Below, one piece after another: positions 55,132 to 64,000 of a stretch of 64,000 nt of DNA; within the stretch, counting starts at the first letter, position 1, and each line of letters starts with the position of its first letter. A program made the translations under genes and the position numbers. Origin of the DNA: an uncultured virus (IMG/VR IMGVR_UViG_3300048930_001331) (Duplodnaviria > Heunggongvirae > Uroviricota > Caudoviricetes); IMG/VR virus record IMGVR_UViG_3300048930_001331. The stretch is one strand, 5' to 3'. Under the pieces are notes generated by a model, which made no database searches, was not told the origin of the DNA, and saw only the letters and a program-made list of their open reading frames with translations.

Positions 55132-56253
55132 ATGAAAGCTGGACGAAGCCTTCAAGACCTCGCTGCCGAGATAACTCGCCAGCAAAACTCCAAGCGCGAC
55201 TTCATCGCGAGCACAGACAAGCTCGAAGTCATTTTGGCCGGCTCTCCACAACCCGATGGAGTGACGCGACCAAACCTCAAGATCGGCGACTTCAATGCGT
55301 TCCCGATCAACAAGCTGACGCACGGCCAGATCGCCGAGCACACGGGCATTCCGAAGGGCTATTACGACCGGATGCTGAAGGAAGCGCCGGAGCTGCTCGG
55401 CAAGAATATCAACGAGTGGTTCCACCGCTTCCCGGCACCCCGGATGGTCCGTCTTCTCGACGGCAATGTCCGGGCCTTCCTGTCGGATCGCTTCGCGCTG
55501 CTCGATAACTTCGACTTCGCCAACGCGGCGTTGCCGATCATTCGGGATCGCAACCTCGATATCGTGTCCTGCGAAATCACCGAGACCCGTCTCTACATCA
55601 AGGTGATCGACAAGACCGAATTCCAGGTGCCGGTCGGCTACCGGATGGGTGATGGATCGCACAAGATCTTCGACGTGTGCTGCCCCGCCCTCATCCTGTC
55701 TAACTCCGAAGTCGGCTTCGGCCGCCTCGTGGTTGAGACCGGGGTCTATACCAAGGCCTGCACCAACCTGTCGTGGTTCTCTTCCGGAGGCTTCAAGCGC
55801 ACTCATATCGGCGCCCGTCACCGTATGACCGAAGGTCTATCGGTTGATGACCTGGACAAGGTTATGTCCGACGAGACCAAGCGGAAAACGCAGGAAGCTC
55901 TGTGGCTTCAGGTGCGTGACGTCGTTGCGTCGGCCTTCGACAAGACCACGATCCAGCGCCGGTCGGAACAGCTGGAAGCTGCCGGCAACAACACCTTCGC
56001 ACCAAGCAAAGCCGGTGCGATCGTCGAGGTTGCAGGCGACCGCTTCGGCCTGAATGAGATCGAGAAGAACTCGGTTCTCGATCACCTGATGGCGGGAGGC
56101 AACCTGTCTCAGTACGGCCTGCATGCCGCAATCACGCGTGCTGCTCAGGATGTCGCCGATTACGACCGAGCGACTGAATTCGAGTACCTGGGCGGCAAGG
56201 TCATCGACCTGACCAAGACCGAGTGGAAGCAGGTCGAGGCGCTCGCGGCTTAA
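55132..56253 (+). CDS. DUF932/DUF945-like protein
   Basis: RAFLSDRF; LSNSEVGFG; CTNL; YGLHAAITRAAQ. Confidence 0.75.
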   Translation: MKAGRSLQDLAAEITRQQNSKRDFIASTDKLEVILAGSPQPDGVTRPNLKIGDFNAFPINKLTHGQIAEHTGIPKGYYDRMLKEAPELLGKNINEWFHRFPAPRMVRLLDGNVRAFLSDRFALLDNFDFANAALPIIRDRNLDIVSCEITETRLYIKVIDKTEFQVPVGYRMGDGSHKIFDVCCPALILSNSEVGFGRLVVETGVYTKACTNLSWFSSGGFKRTHIGARHRMTEGLSVDDLDKVMSDETKRKTQEALWLQVRDVVASAFDKTTIQRRSEQLEAAGNNTFAPSKAGAIVEVAGDRFGLNEIEKNSVLDHLMAGGNLSQYGLHAAITRAAQDVADYDRATEFEYLGGKVIDLTKTEWKQVEALAA

Positions 56254-56352
56254 AGCAATGGGTCGCGCGACGGGACGGGCAAGTCCTGCTGCGCGACCCT
56301 CCATCCAGTGATGGGTGGATCACTGGACGAATTTCACACACGGAGAAACGGC

Positions 56353-56904
56353 ATGACGGTATGGTTCACCGCCGACACCCACTTCTATCACAAACGGATC
56401 ATCGACCTGGCGAAACGCCCATTCTCTTCGGTCGAAGAGATGGACGAGACGATGATCGCCCGCTGGAACGAGCGCGTCCAGAAGGGCGACACTGTCTATC
56501 ACCTGGGCGACTTCGCCTTCACGGATCACACGCCATATCTCGAGCGGCTAAATGGCCACAAGGTGCTCGTCATCGGCAACCACGATCACAGCAACCGGAT
56601 CAGGCGCGCCGAGGGGTGGATGACGCACAGGCATCTTCTGGAAGTCAAGGTCGATGACCAACCGGTCGTGCTGTGTCACTACCGCATGAATGTCTGGAAT
56701 AGATCGCACCACGGCGCGATCCACCTGTACGGCCACAGTCACGGCAATCTTGAGGGCGACAGCCAGAGCCAGGATGTCGGCGTTGATGTCTGGGACTTTA
56801 GGCCGGTGACGCTCGACGAGATCAAGGAGCAGCTGCGATTAAACCGCAGGCGCATCGAACCAGATCACCACCAACCACGGCTGACCGCCGTTAAGCGAGG
56901 TTGA
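56353..56904 (+). CDS. Calcineurin-like metallophosphoesterase
   Basis: ADTHF; HLGDF; GNHD; HLYGHSH. Confidence 0.92.
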   Translation: MTVWFTADTHFYHKRIIDLAKRPFSSVEEMDETMIARWNERVQKGDTVYHLGDFAFTDHTPYLERLNGHKVLVIGNHDHSNRIRRAEGWMTHRHLLEVKVDDQPVVLCHYRMNVWNRSHHGAIHLYGHSHGNLEGDSQSQDVGVDVWDFRPVTLDEIKEQLRLNRRRIEPDHHQPRLTAVKRG

Positions 56905-56906
56905 GG

Positions 56907-57140
56907 ATGCCGAAGTCGCTTCCAACTTGCGCAGTAACCGGCCGGATCGCTGGCGATGGTTTCGCGTGCGGCGACTGCGACCCGTGCATGGCGACACATC
57001 TTGTCCCCGATGTCGTCAAGCAACTCATCAAAGAACGCGACGAGTGGGCTGACAAATACGCCGACGCGATGGAAACGATCCAAGATTATCGTGACGAAGT
57101 TTTCAAATTGCGCCATCCCGGCGCCCGAACAAACCGTTAA
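56907..57140 (+). CDS. Small hypothetical protein
   Basis: Cys cluster (CGDCDPC) plus helical tail. Confidence 0.5.
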   Translation: MPKSLPTCAVTGRIAGDGFACGDCDPCMATHLVPDVVKQLIKERDEWADKYADAMETIQDYRDEVFKLRHPGARTNR

Positions 57141-57163
57141 ACCCGCCTAAACGATTGCACAGA

Positions 57164-57196
57164 AAGCCCCGGTCGCAAGGCCGGGGCTTTTTTATT
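57164..57196 (+). terminator. Rho-independent terminator between convergent units
   Basis: AAAGCCCCGG-TCGCAAGG-CCGGGGCTTTTTT. Confidence 0.88.
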
Positions 57197-57231
57197 GCGC
57201 CGCGAACAGGACGGCCCTCCGAAAACTATGC

Positions 57232-57909
57232 TTACCGAAACGGATGATCACGCTTCGGCTTCTCTCTCGACTTCTGACGCCGCGCCTTGCGCCGGCCTGA
57301 GCCCGGCTTCTCCCGACGCGGATCGTCGTGGATGTATGGCGACACGTTGTCGATGGGAGCGTATTCACCGGCGTCTGCGGACGCTCCTGGCGAATGTGAG
57401 CGGAATTTGGATTTTTCCGGACCGAATGTCAAGCCCTTGATGCTGCCACCAAGGCTATCCACCATCCGTTGTGTCCGCTCCCGCACCACCTGTCGGCACC
57501 GCTCCATCATCTCGGCGTGCGTGAAGGTCCGGATGTTGAGCTTTTTCGCCGCGATCAGCACGCTCTGCCGGGCCAGATCAGCCGGGATATCGTGCCAGCC
57601 GGTGTCGAGCTGCCGGTTTGCCTTCAGGAGCAGGTCTTCCGCCGCGCCGCGGATTTGTCCGGCCAGCGGCCTACCGGCGGTCCAGAGCACGAGAAAAGTC
57701 TGGATCGGCCGCGGATTGCCGTCCTGCAATTTGCGGATCGCATCGCAGGGATCAGACGTCGTGCCGAGCCTTACCGGCCCCTCCCGGAAGCCAACCACGA
57801 ACACCGCCGTGTAGCCGAGCTTGCGAAGATCACGACCCAGCCCTCTCTGAATGGGCGGCGCGCCATATTTCGTCAACGGCGTCCTCGTAGCGAAGTCTGA
57901 TGATCTCAT
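57232..57909 (-). CDS. Degenerate GIY-YIG/T5orf172-like protein
   Basis: VFVVG..PVRLGTTSDP..LQDGNP..GWH. Confidence 0.5.
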   Translation of the reverse strand: MRSSDFATRTPLTKYGAPPIQRGLGRDLRKLGYTAVFVVGFREGPVRLGTTSDPCDAIRKLQDGNPRPIQTFLVLWTAGRPLAGQIRGAAEDLLLKANRQLDTGWHDIPADLARQSVLIAAKKLNIRTFTHAEMMERCRQVVRERTQRMVDSLGGSIKGLTFGPEKSKFRSHSPGASADAGEYAPIDNVSPYIHDDPRREKPGSGRRKARRQKSREKPKRDHPFR

Positions 57910-58261
57910 GGCTAACATGGAGGGCATCTCCCATTGCTCTGAAGCTCATACCGAGCGTCTTCCAGACGACGATTCGCCGCGCGATCTGATCCAGTCCGCG
58001 GCCCCACGACAGGACGTCAAGATAAGTGCTGACATCCTGCGGTGTAGGTTTGAAGCGATCCTTCTCGACAGCATCAGGATCGTATGCGTCCATGTATTCC
58101 CGGATATATGCCGGCCATCCTTGGCCATAGCCACGCGGCCTGTCACGATCCGGAAGCGCAAACAATGTTTTGAGCGCGCGCTCGAACAGCACCTTGATGT
58201 CGCGACGCTCGACGAGGCTGACCTGATCGAGATGGCGGCGCGCAGCCTCACCCTTGTGCAT
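57830..58261 (-). CDS. Possible late transcriptional regulator (sigma region 4-like HTH)
   Basis: GWPAY..PTPQDV..W; GMSFRAMGDALHVSHEIIR. Confidence 0.55.
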   Translation of the reverse strand: MHKGEAARRHLDQVSLVERRDIKVLFERALKTLFALPDRDRPRGYGQGWPAYIREYMDAYDPDAVEKDRFKPTPQDVSTYLDVLSWGRGLDQIARRIVVWKTLGMSFRAMGDALHVSHEIIRLRYEDAVDEIWRAAHSERAGS

Positions 58262-58973
58262 GCTCTCTCCAGACCGCCATTGCGACCGGCACAATATCGC
58301 GCACCAACTCGGCCATCGCCTCAGCGTAAACCCTGATCTCGTACTGAGCATGCTGGTGACAGCGCAGATCGAGGAAGTGCAGGAGATTGCGCAGATCGAC
58401 CTTGGCGAACATCACGCTGTAGGTGCTGACCGGAAGCACCGATCGCGCCAGCTCTCGCGGCCATCCAGCGGCCAGCAAATTCCGGTAAATCCCGAACGAC
58501 ATGCGACATGCTGCCGAGTACGCGCCGATGTCACTTTCGACGTCGTCTTTGACCCGGCAACCAAATCCGGACAGATCGCGACCTTGCTTGTTGTCCTTGC
58601 TCTGCTGACCGATGTTTTCAGCTGTCGGCGTATAGAACTCCTCCGGCAATTCGCGATAGCGCGCCGACAGCTCGTTGAAGCTCCAGGTCCTATGGCGATG
58701 CCATTGCCGGAAGACGAAGATCGGCGCCTTGACCTCGAACTGAAACTCCACCGCCTCGAACGGCGAGGTGTGCTTATTCTTCCAGAGGTATCGGATCAGG
58801 CGCTTGTCTGAACCCTCATCCTCACCGGCCCGCCACGCTGCGTCGTAACTCACCCTCGCGGCGCGCACGATTGACAGATCCTCGCCCATGCTGTCGACGA
58901 GCCTGACGTAACCGTGGTCAAGGCATTTGATGGTTGGAGCCATCTGTCTGGCCGTTGCAAACAACCCGCTCAT
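58248..58973 (-). CDS. thyX: Flavin-dependent thymidylate synthase
   Basis: HTSPFE; RQWHRHRTWSFNELSARY; ELARSVLP; HAQYEIR. Confidence 0.95.
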   Translation of the reverse strand: MSGLFATARQMAPTIKCLDHGYVRLVDSMGEDLSIVRAARVSYDAAWRAGEDEGSDKRLIRYLWKNKHTSPFEAVEFQFEVKAPIFVFRQWHRHRTWSFNELSARYRELPEEFYTPTAENIGQQSKDNKQGRDLSGFGCRVKDDVESDIGAYSAACRMSFGIYRNLLAAGWPRELARSVLPVSTYSVMFAKVDLRNLLHFLDLRCHQHAQYEIRVYAEAMAELVRDIVPVAMAVWREHAQG

Positions 58974-59419
58974 TTCTCATCCCTCGCCGGCTGAGGCCCG
59001 GCTTCCTGATTTTGATATTTCCCGCTGTATGGATGCTCGGTCGCCTCATCGAGCCGATGGAAGATGATTTGCGCGATCGGCTCACCACGCCGGATGAAAA
59101 TCGACCATTGAGAATGGTTCGTCAGCTCGATGGTGAGGTATCCGCACCAGCCGGGCTCGATAATGGTGTTCTGGCAGGCGAGCCCCTTACGCGCCCAGCT
59201 GGACTTGTCGCAAACCTGCGCCAGGACATCATTCGGCATCGTTAGCCGCTCCATGATGGATGCGAGCTTGAAGGCTCCCGGCTGCAGCGAGATATCCTGA
59301 TCGATACGAACATCGTAGCCAGCCACGCTCAGGCCGAACGTCTTCCCGGCGTGAACGGTGCGCTCGTGGAACGGCTCGACGATGCCGAGCCGACGAATGG
59401 TTTGTGCTGAGAGTATCAT
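58970..59419 (-). CDS. dcd: dCTP deaminase / dUTPase family
   Basis: GYDVR; DKSSWARKG; IEPGWCGYLTIEL; YSGKYQNQ. Confidence 0.88.
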   Translation of the reverse strand: MILSAQTIRRLGIVEPFHERTVHAGKTFGLSVAGYDVRIDQDISLQPGAFKLASIMERLTMPNDVLAQVCDKSSWARKGLACQNTIIEPGWCGYLTIELTNHSQWSIFIRRGEPIAQIIFHRLDEATEHPYSGKYQNQEAGPQPARDEK

Positions 59420-60564
59420 CGGACCTGCCACACCCATGGATCGCTGATCGCGATCCAGCCACGCTCACGCAGAACCTTTCCAGCGTTCTGGAACGCCTTC
59501 TGCTTGACGTCTTCCTTCTCGCTCATGATGAGACCCTGCCTGAAGCAGTAATCCCGCCAGACCTTCCAATCGACGGCACTCGTCACGGCTGCCGGGACCG
59601 ATGTGGTGGACGGCCTCGTGCCATGATCCAGAAGCGCTTGTGTGAGGCACTGGTACGCGACCTTCGCCGCTCCCTTCAGAATCGGCCCGCGCGTGATCGC
59701 CTTGGCTTCATCCTGAGCCTCCATGACGACGCAGGTCGTCTCGTCCTCCCCAAACTCGTTCTTTCCCAGCTCGACCCGCTTCAGCCGGAAGTGGAGCCGG
59801 ACGCCATCCTGTTCATCCTTCTGCTTGCCTACGCGGGCGGTCAGAAGTCTGGACTCGTCTTTCGTCAGCTCGATCATGGTGTCGGCGGCGGCCGGAAGGC
59901 CCGTATGGCCGCGCGGCCCCTTGAGGCCATCCTTGCCGACGTGGTGGACGAACAGCCCGGTGATGTTCCCGAGCTGCCGGCGGATGCGATCGACGTTGTC
60001 GACCACGAGCCCCATGTGCTCGCTCGAATTCTCGTTCGCCCTCGGGATACACCGAGCCAGAGTGTCAAACACGACACATCCAAGCTTCACCCCCATGTCG
60101 GATTCCATCCGACCGCCGATGCGCTTACACTCCTCGACGAAGGCCTTGCACTCTTCCTCCTCCATCAGGTTCACGCGCTGCTGCATCAGAACCAGAGGAA
60201 TATCCCAGACCGAGTCGGTTGGCCCGTTGTGCTGCGCCCATGCCTTGAAGCGCTTGCGCAGCCCGGCGCGACCTTCGGCGCCGACATAGATGACGCCGCA
60301 TTGCTCGATCCGGTGCTCGCGCCACGCCCCACCCATTGCGATGTTGGCGGCCAGATCCATGCAGATGAATGTCTTGGCGGTGCCGTATCCGCCGTAGAGC
60401 ATCGCGAGCGAGTCCTCCGGAAGAATGCGGTTCACGATCCAGCGCTGCGCCGGCACATCCTTGATGACATCCTTGAACCACATCGCATCGAAGCGAGGCT
60501 GCTCGATGTAGTCCTTAGTCTCGCGCTCGAACTGCTCGAAGGGGACGACGTTGGGGCCACTCAT
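59416..60564 (-). CDS. RepA/AAA_25-type helicase
   Basis: GGYGTAKT; YVGAEG; VVFDTLAR; VHHVGKD..RGH. Confidence 0.88.
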   Translation of the reverse strand: MSGPNVVPFEQFERETKDYIEQPRFDAMWFKDVIKDVPAQRWIVNRILPEDSLAMLYGGYGTAKTFICMDLAANIAMGGAWREHRIEQCGVIYVGAEGRAGLRKRFKAWAQHNGPTDSVWDIPLVLMQQRVNLMEEEECKAFVEECKRIGGRMESDMGVKLGCVVFDTLARCIPRANENSSEHMGLVVDNVDRIRRQLGNITGLFVHHVGKDGLKGPRGHTGLPAAADTMIELTKDESRLLTARVGKQKDEQDGVRLHFRLKRVELGKNEFGEDETTCVVMEAQDEAKAITRGPILKGAAKVAYQCLTQALLDHGTRPSTTSVPAAVTSAVDWKVWRDYCFRQGLIMSEKEDVKQKAFQNAGKVLRERGWIAISDPWVWQVR

Positions 60565-60971
60565 ACTTCCACCTTCGCGGCGTCAGGATTGTTGGTCGGA
60601 TTCGGCTTCGACGGATGAACATGCTCGCTCTGATCCGGGCCGAGCCGCATGCTGATCATGCGATCGACGGCCGCGCCGAGGAGCCCCTGCGGCGATCCAT
60701 CCATGTTGCGCTTCATGGCGGCGGCCAGCACTTCGACCGGGCAGCCATACTGAAGCGCCAGCGACACCGCGACCGCGCCATCGTGCAGCGGCGCGTCCGC
60801 TTCGGAGCGCATGTCGGTGTTCATGAACAGCTCGGCCGGTTGACCGGTGTCCTCGAAGAAGCCGACCGACACGATGAATGAAGCACCAGCCGGTTTGTCC
60901 GGCATGGTCATGCGGACGATTTCCAATGGCCTCTTATTTGGAAGCCTCCGCCTGTCACCGTACTTGAGCAT
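60561..60971 (-). CDS. Stand-alone TSCPD-like domain protein
   Basis: RRRLPNKR; PAELF; AVSLALQYGCP. Confidence 0.7.
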   Translation of the reverse strand: MLKYGDRRRLPNKRPLEIVRMTMPDKPAGASFIVSVGFFEDTGQPAELFMNTDMRSEADAPLHDGAVAVSLALQYGCPVEVLAAAMKRNMDGSPQGLLGAAVDRMISMRLGPDQSEHVHPSKPNPTNNPDAAKVEV

Positions 60972-62094
60972 TCTGCCCGCCTTCTTTTTCTGATTTGAGG
61001 ACCGAAGCCCAATCGAAGCCGTCGTCGGCCATGCTGATGAAACCGCGTTTTCCCTGATGGACTGCGCGCCTCAGTCCAGCGAGCAATCGAGATCGCGTCA
61101 TCGCCCGGTCGCTGTCGCCGTCGCCGAGAAAGATCAGCTCCTCGACCGCATCCGGAAACACGATCCCAGGCTGCTCCAGATCCGGCATGCCGTTCGGAAT
61201 GCGCTTGCCGGGCTTCTCAGGGTGGCTGATGCTGCCGTTGCAGCGGCCGCACATATTTCCGAGAGACACGCCGGTCGCGAGACCGCAATCCTCATCCGAG
61301 AGATCGCACCACGCCCAGACGGTCTCGATCCCCTCGCCTATCGCCATGCGGGCGCGCGGTTCGGTCAGGAAGATCATCCCGCCCATCTGCTCGCCCATGA
61401 CCTTCTTGGTCTTGTTTCGCGAGCGATCACCCGGAGGTATAAGTTTCGCCGGCCGCTCGGGATCGAGATAGGTCCGGTGAAGGCCAATGATTTGGCCCGC
61501 ACCACGCGGGCCACTCTCACGGATCGCCGCAACCATCGCCGGGAAGTGGCCAAGTTCTACAATTTCCTCGCCGTCTTCAGCGAAGCCCCAATAGGCAAGC
61601 CGCGGCATAAAGCGGATGTCATGCGTCAGCTCCGGCCGGAATGTCAGGTGCCGGGCTTCGAGATATTTCTGCCCGTGCGTCCCCTCGATCTCCTGTGTCT
61701 TTGCCCATAACCATTGGACGCGCTGCCGGCTCTTCAACTTCTGCTCAGCCTCTTCGCGCGCTATCTGCGCCTGATAATCGGCGACCTGCTTACTCTCCTC
61801 GATTGTCAGCCTCCGAACACCGCCGAGCGTCTCGACGGCCTCCGGGAACGACAGACCGTTGCGGAGCATCAGCAGATCGAAGTGATCGCCCCATTGACCG
61901 CAGCCGAAGCAATGCCATGAACCGCGCCGGTCATCGACCTTGCAGCTCGGCGTCCGCTCAAGATGAAAAGGACAAAGGCAAAATCCGCCCTTCACCTTGA
62001 TATTAAGCCGCTGGAACACGCTGGAAATGCGCGTTCGCATCTTCAGGTATTCAAGCTCCTGCGGATCGAAGTTACGGTGCGTATTCGGCTGCAC
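60955..62094 (-). CDS. Primase (CHC2 zinc finger plus Toprim)
   Basis: CPFHLERTPSC..HCFGC; HRTYL; IGEGIET; LGDGD. Confidence 0.9.
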   Translation of the reverse strand: MQPNTHRNFDPQELEYLKMRTRISSVFQRLNIKVKGGFCLCPFHLERTPSCKVDDRRGSWHCFGCGQWGDHFDLLMLRNGLSFPEAVETLGGVRRLTIEESKQVADYQAQIAREEAEQKLKSRQRVQWLWAKTQEIEGTHGQKYLEARHLTFRPELTHDIRFMPRLAYWGFAEDGEEIVELGHFPAMVAAIRESGPRGAGQIIGLHRTYLDPERPAKLIPPGDRSRNKTKKVMGEQMGGMIFLTEPRARMAIGEGIETVWAWCDLSDEDCGLATGVSLGNMCGRCNGSISHPEKPGKRIPNGMPDLEQPGIVFPDAVEELIFLGDGDSDRAMTRSRLLAGLRRAVHQGKRGFISMADDGFDWASVLKSEKEGGQNAQVR

Positions 62095-62719
62095 GAAGAC
62101 GCCTCCCGTATTTCCAGTCCCAGAAGAACAAGGCGTGATTGTTCGATGGACCAACCATCTTCTCTCCGATCCCCTTGCAGGACCGGCACTGAACGCCGGA
62201 TGGCAGGCTTCCTGAGCCGCTACATGGCTTGCACATCACGGGCTCGTCGAACCACTTGATCCGCTTAAGCAGCGTCGTCTTACCGATAAAAGCTGCGTGC
62301 TCGCGGAATAGTCGCTGGCGCGTCGATCCGGAGTCGAAATCAACCGGAAGCAACATGCAGACGCTGCCATCCCAGCTCTTGGTGACTTCCAGACTGCGAT
62401 CGATGAACTGGATGGCCGTCTTGCCCTGGGGGCCGAACGGTGGGTTGGTGATGATGTCCATCGGACCACGAAAGGGAAACTCAGATTCGAGGTAGTCCGC
62501 CTTTTTGGTAGTGCCAACCTCGGCGAGCGGCTTGATGTCGATCCCGTATGGGATATGCCCATGCGCTGCAAAAACCCGCGTCATCGCGGCGTCACCACAG
62601 CAGGGATCGCAGATCTTCTTGTCCCATCGGTGCAGCTTCAGGATCAGCTCCGTCACCCACGCGGGCGTCGGATACCAGTCCCGGTCCTGCCTTTCATAAT
62701 CAGAGCCACGAACAACCAT
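62072..62719 (-). CDS. N6-adenine DNA methyltransferase-like
   Basis: DWYPTP; DPCCG; IITNPPF. Confidence 0.85.
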   Translation of the reverse strand: MVVRGSDYERQDRDWYPTPAWVTELILKLHRWDKKICDPCCGDAAMTRVFAAHGHIPYGIDIKPLAEVGTTKKADYLESEFPFRGPMDIITNPPFGPQGKTAIQFIDRSLEVTKSWDGSVCMLLPVDFDSGSTRQRLFREHAAFIGKTTLLKRIKWFDEPVMCKPCSGSGSLPSGVQCRSCKGIGEKMVGPSNNHALFFWDWKYGRRLRAAEYAP

Positions 62720-63132
62720 CAGGCCACCCGAAGCTTGGCAGTGTTAGCCCAAGCCTCCTCGAACTCGCGCCGGATATCGGACTTGGTCTGCACAGCCATC
62801 ACTGCTCGCGGCTTCGCCTTTGGTTTCGGCCTAAAAGGCACTCCCGTTTCAGCGGCTCGCTGCTGAGCCCTCTCCCTACGAACCTGCACACTGATCGCTA
62901 CCGCCTTGAGCACATGCTGGCGCGCCTTCTCGGTTCCAGGCTCCAGACCAGCGGGTGGATGAGCATCGCGCGTTAGTCCGAGGCGGCTTATCTTTCCGAT
63001 GACCGCGCTTCGCGAGACTGGAGCAAAATCCTTCGAGAGCGCGTCTGCAATCTGGACCGCGGACAGCGGTGGCTTCACGGCGTAAAGCTCGCGAAGTCGA
63101 TCGACGGCACCCTCTGCTTCCCAAACACTCAC
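62719..63132 (-). CDS. GcrA-like regulator (N-terminal domain)
   Basis: W..VDRLRELY..LSAVQIA..VSRSAVIGKISRLGL. Confidence 0.75.
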   Translation of the reverse strand: MSVWEAEGAVDRLRELYAVKPPLSAVQIADALSKDFAPVSRSAVIGKISRLGLTRDAHPPAGLEPGTEKARQHVLKAVAISVQVRRERAQQRAAETGVPFRPKPKAKPRAVMAVQTKSDIRREFEEAWANTAKLRVA

Positions 63133-63479
63133 CGTGAACCCCTCGCCGCTTCGATCAGCAATTCCTCGTCGCCATAGATGATGCGCGTCATCCGCTTCCC
63201 ACTCGCGAGCCCGACCTCGCGATCCTGAAGCGCAATCTCGATCAGACCGGCCACAGATTTTGCCTTTCGGACATGCGCTCCGTAGAACGCATAGGGTGCA
63301 AGTTGACTGACCGGCTCATGATCCTCGCCGGCCCTCTTGGCAGCAGACGCGACGCGCTTTTCATCACGCAACTTCAGGTCACGCTCGGCAGCCTGCATGA
63401 TGTTCTGCGGCTTCAGTCGAATGAGCCGGGTGCCATGCTTTTGCAGAAGATCGCGCTCGGCCCGTTCCGACATGGTCAT
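63129..63479 (-). CDS. Hypothetical protein
   Basis: Coupled to both neighbours. Confidence 0.5.
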   Translation of the reverse strand: MTMSERAERDLLQKHGTRLIRLKPQNIMQAAERDLKLRDEKRVASAAKRAGEDHEPVSQLAPYAFYGAHVRKAKSVAGLIEIALQDREVGLASGKRMTRIIYGDEELLIEAARGSR

Positions 63480-63976
63480 CGCAGCACCGCATGCCCCGGA
63501 AACATCGCTTCCTGACAACGAAGCCCGAAGTTTGCGATCAGGATCGCCTCGGCACGACCGTGATCCTTCTTGCGCTTCAGTGCAGCCTCGGCGCCCGGAT
63601 ACATTCGGATCGCCAGCAGGCGGCTCTGCTCTTTGTCTGGACCCTTCAGACTAAAGAACTTCTTCCAAACCTGCGGAGTCACAGTCGCGAGCGGAATATC
63701 GAGCGAGCGAACAATGCCGCGCAGCGCCCCGTAAGCCATACCAAATCGGAACGCTGCGCCGACATACTCGCCCGGCCTTGCGCCGACGCCCTCGACAACC
63801 GCGCGATGGATGATCCCGCCGCGCGTGATCCAACGAAGGACCACAAGGCCATCGACCTCGCGCTGCTTTTCCTCACCGCGCGTCGGGATGTCGAAGACAT
63901 CCACGGTGTCACGCTCGGTGTCGAGGATGCAGAGACCGCCCGAAAGGCCTGGATCGATGCCGAGGATGCGCATCAC
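63476..63976 (-). CDS. RuvC-like Holliday junction resolvase
   Basis: ILGIDPG; VVEGV; VTPQVWKK; DHGRAEAILIA. Confidence 0.88.
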   Translation of the reverse strand: MMRILGIDPGLSGGLCILDTERDTVDVFDIPTRGEEKQREVDGLVVLRWITRGGIIHRAVVEGVGARPGEYVGAAFRFGMAYGALRGIVRSLDIPLATVTPQVWKKFFSLKGPDKEQSRLLAIRMYPGAEAALKRKKDHGRAEAILIANFGLRCQEAMFPGHAVLR

Positions 63977-64000
63977 TTCTGCTTCGGTAGATTTTCTTTC

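Larger units (their letters stand above)
712..64000. mobile_element. Prophage (siphovirus-type), right end outside the window
   Basis: att-like tRNA fragment followed by lysis, tail, head, packaging, early and replication modules. Confidence 0.92.

Noticed and set aside
59404..60618. 404-aa plus-strand ORF
   Set aside because: Antisense to the AAA helicase; no recognisable motifs.

Overview
Positions 1-711 are host DNA, probably an alphaproteobacterium (Hyphomicrobiales-like, inferred from the GcrA-like and Rcc01079-like genes). The 3' half of a tRNA-Gly(CCC) at 712-758 (minus strand) marks one attachment site of a large siphovirus-type prophage, which fills the rest of the window and runs off the right edge; no integrase or repressor is visible. 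One long minus-strand late unit (~45.9 kb to 1.2 kb) reads: SET domain / basic peptide / PAPS-reductase-like / ParB cluster, small genes, TerS-TerL-portal-minor head-scaffold-major capsid, neck, tail tube, frameshifted chaperone, tape measure, tail tip, fibres and lysis. A plus-strand early unit (46.6-57.1 kb) converges on a minus-strand replication and nucleotide-metabolism unit (RuvC-like, GcrA-like, adenine MTase, primase, AAA helicase, dCTP deaminase, ThyX). Best candidate for an undescribed system (14.5-17.0 kb): the central tail-tip protein is followed by two free-standing paralogues of its ~200-aa C-terminal domain. All three share the peptide ALGGKSQVQ(I/L)YAQ, conserved in protein but synonymously diverged in DNA. 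Between the two cassettes is a gene with proteasome-beta/Ntn-hydrolase spacing (Ser1-Asp17-Lys33), suggesting protein-level cleavage or swapping of tip domains. Also notable: covarying hairpins with an invariant TTGCCG loop before early genes; a SET methyltransferase flanked by histone-tail-like proteins; and a strand-biased GCCTGTCAC 9-mer. All family calls come from motif recognition by eye; no searches were run.
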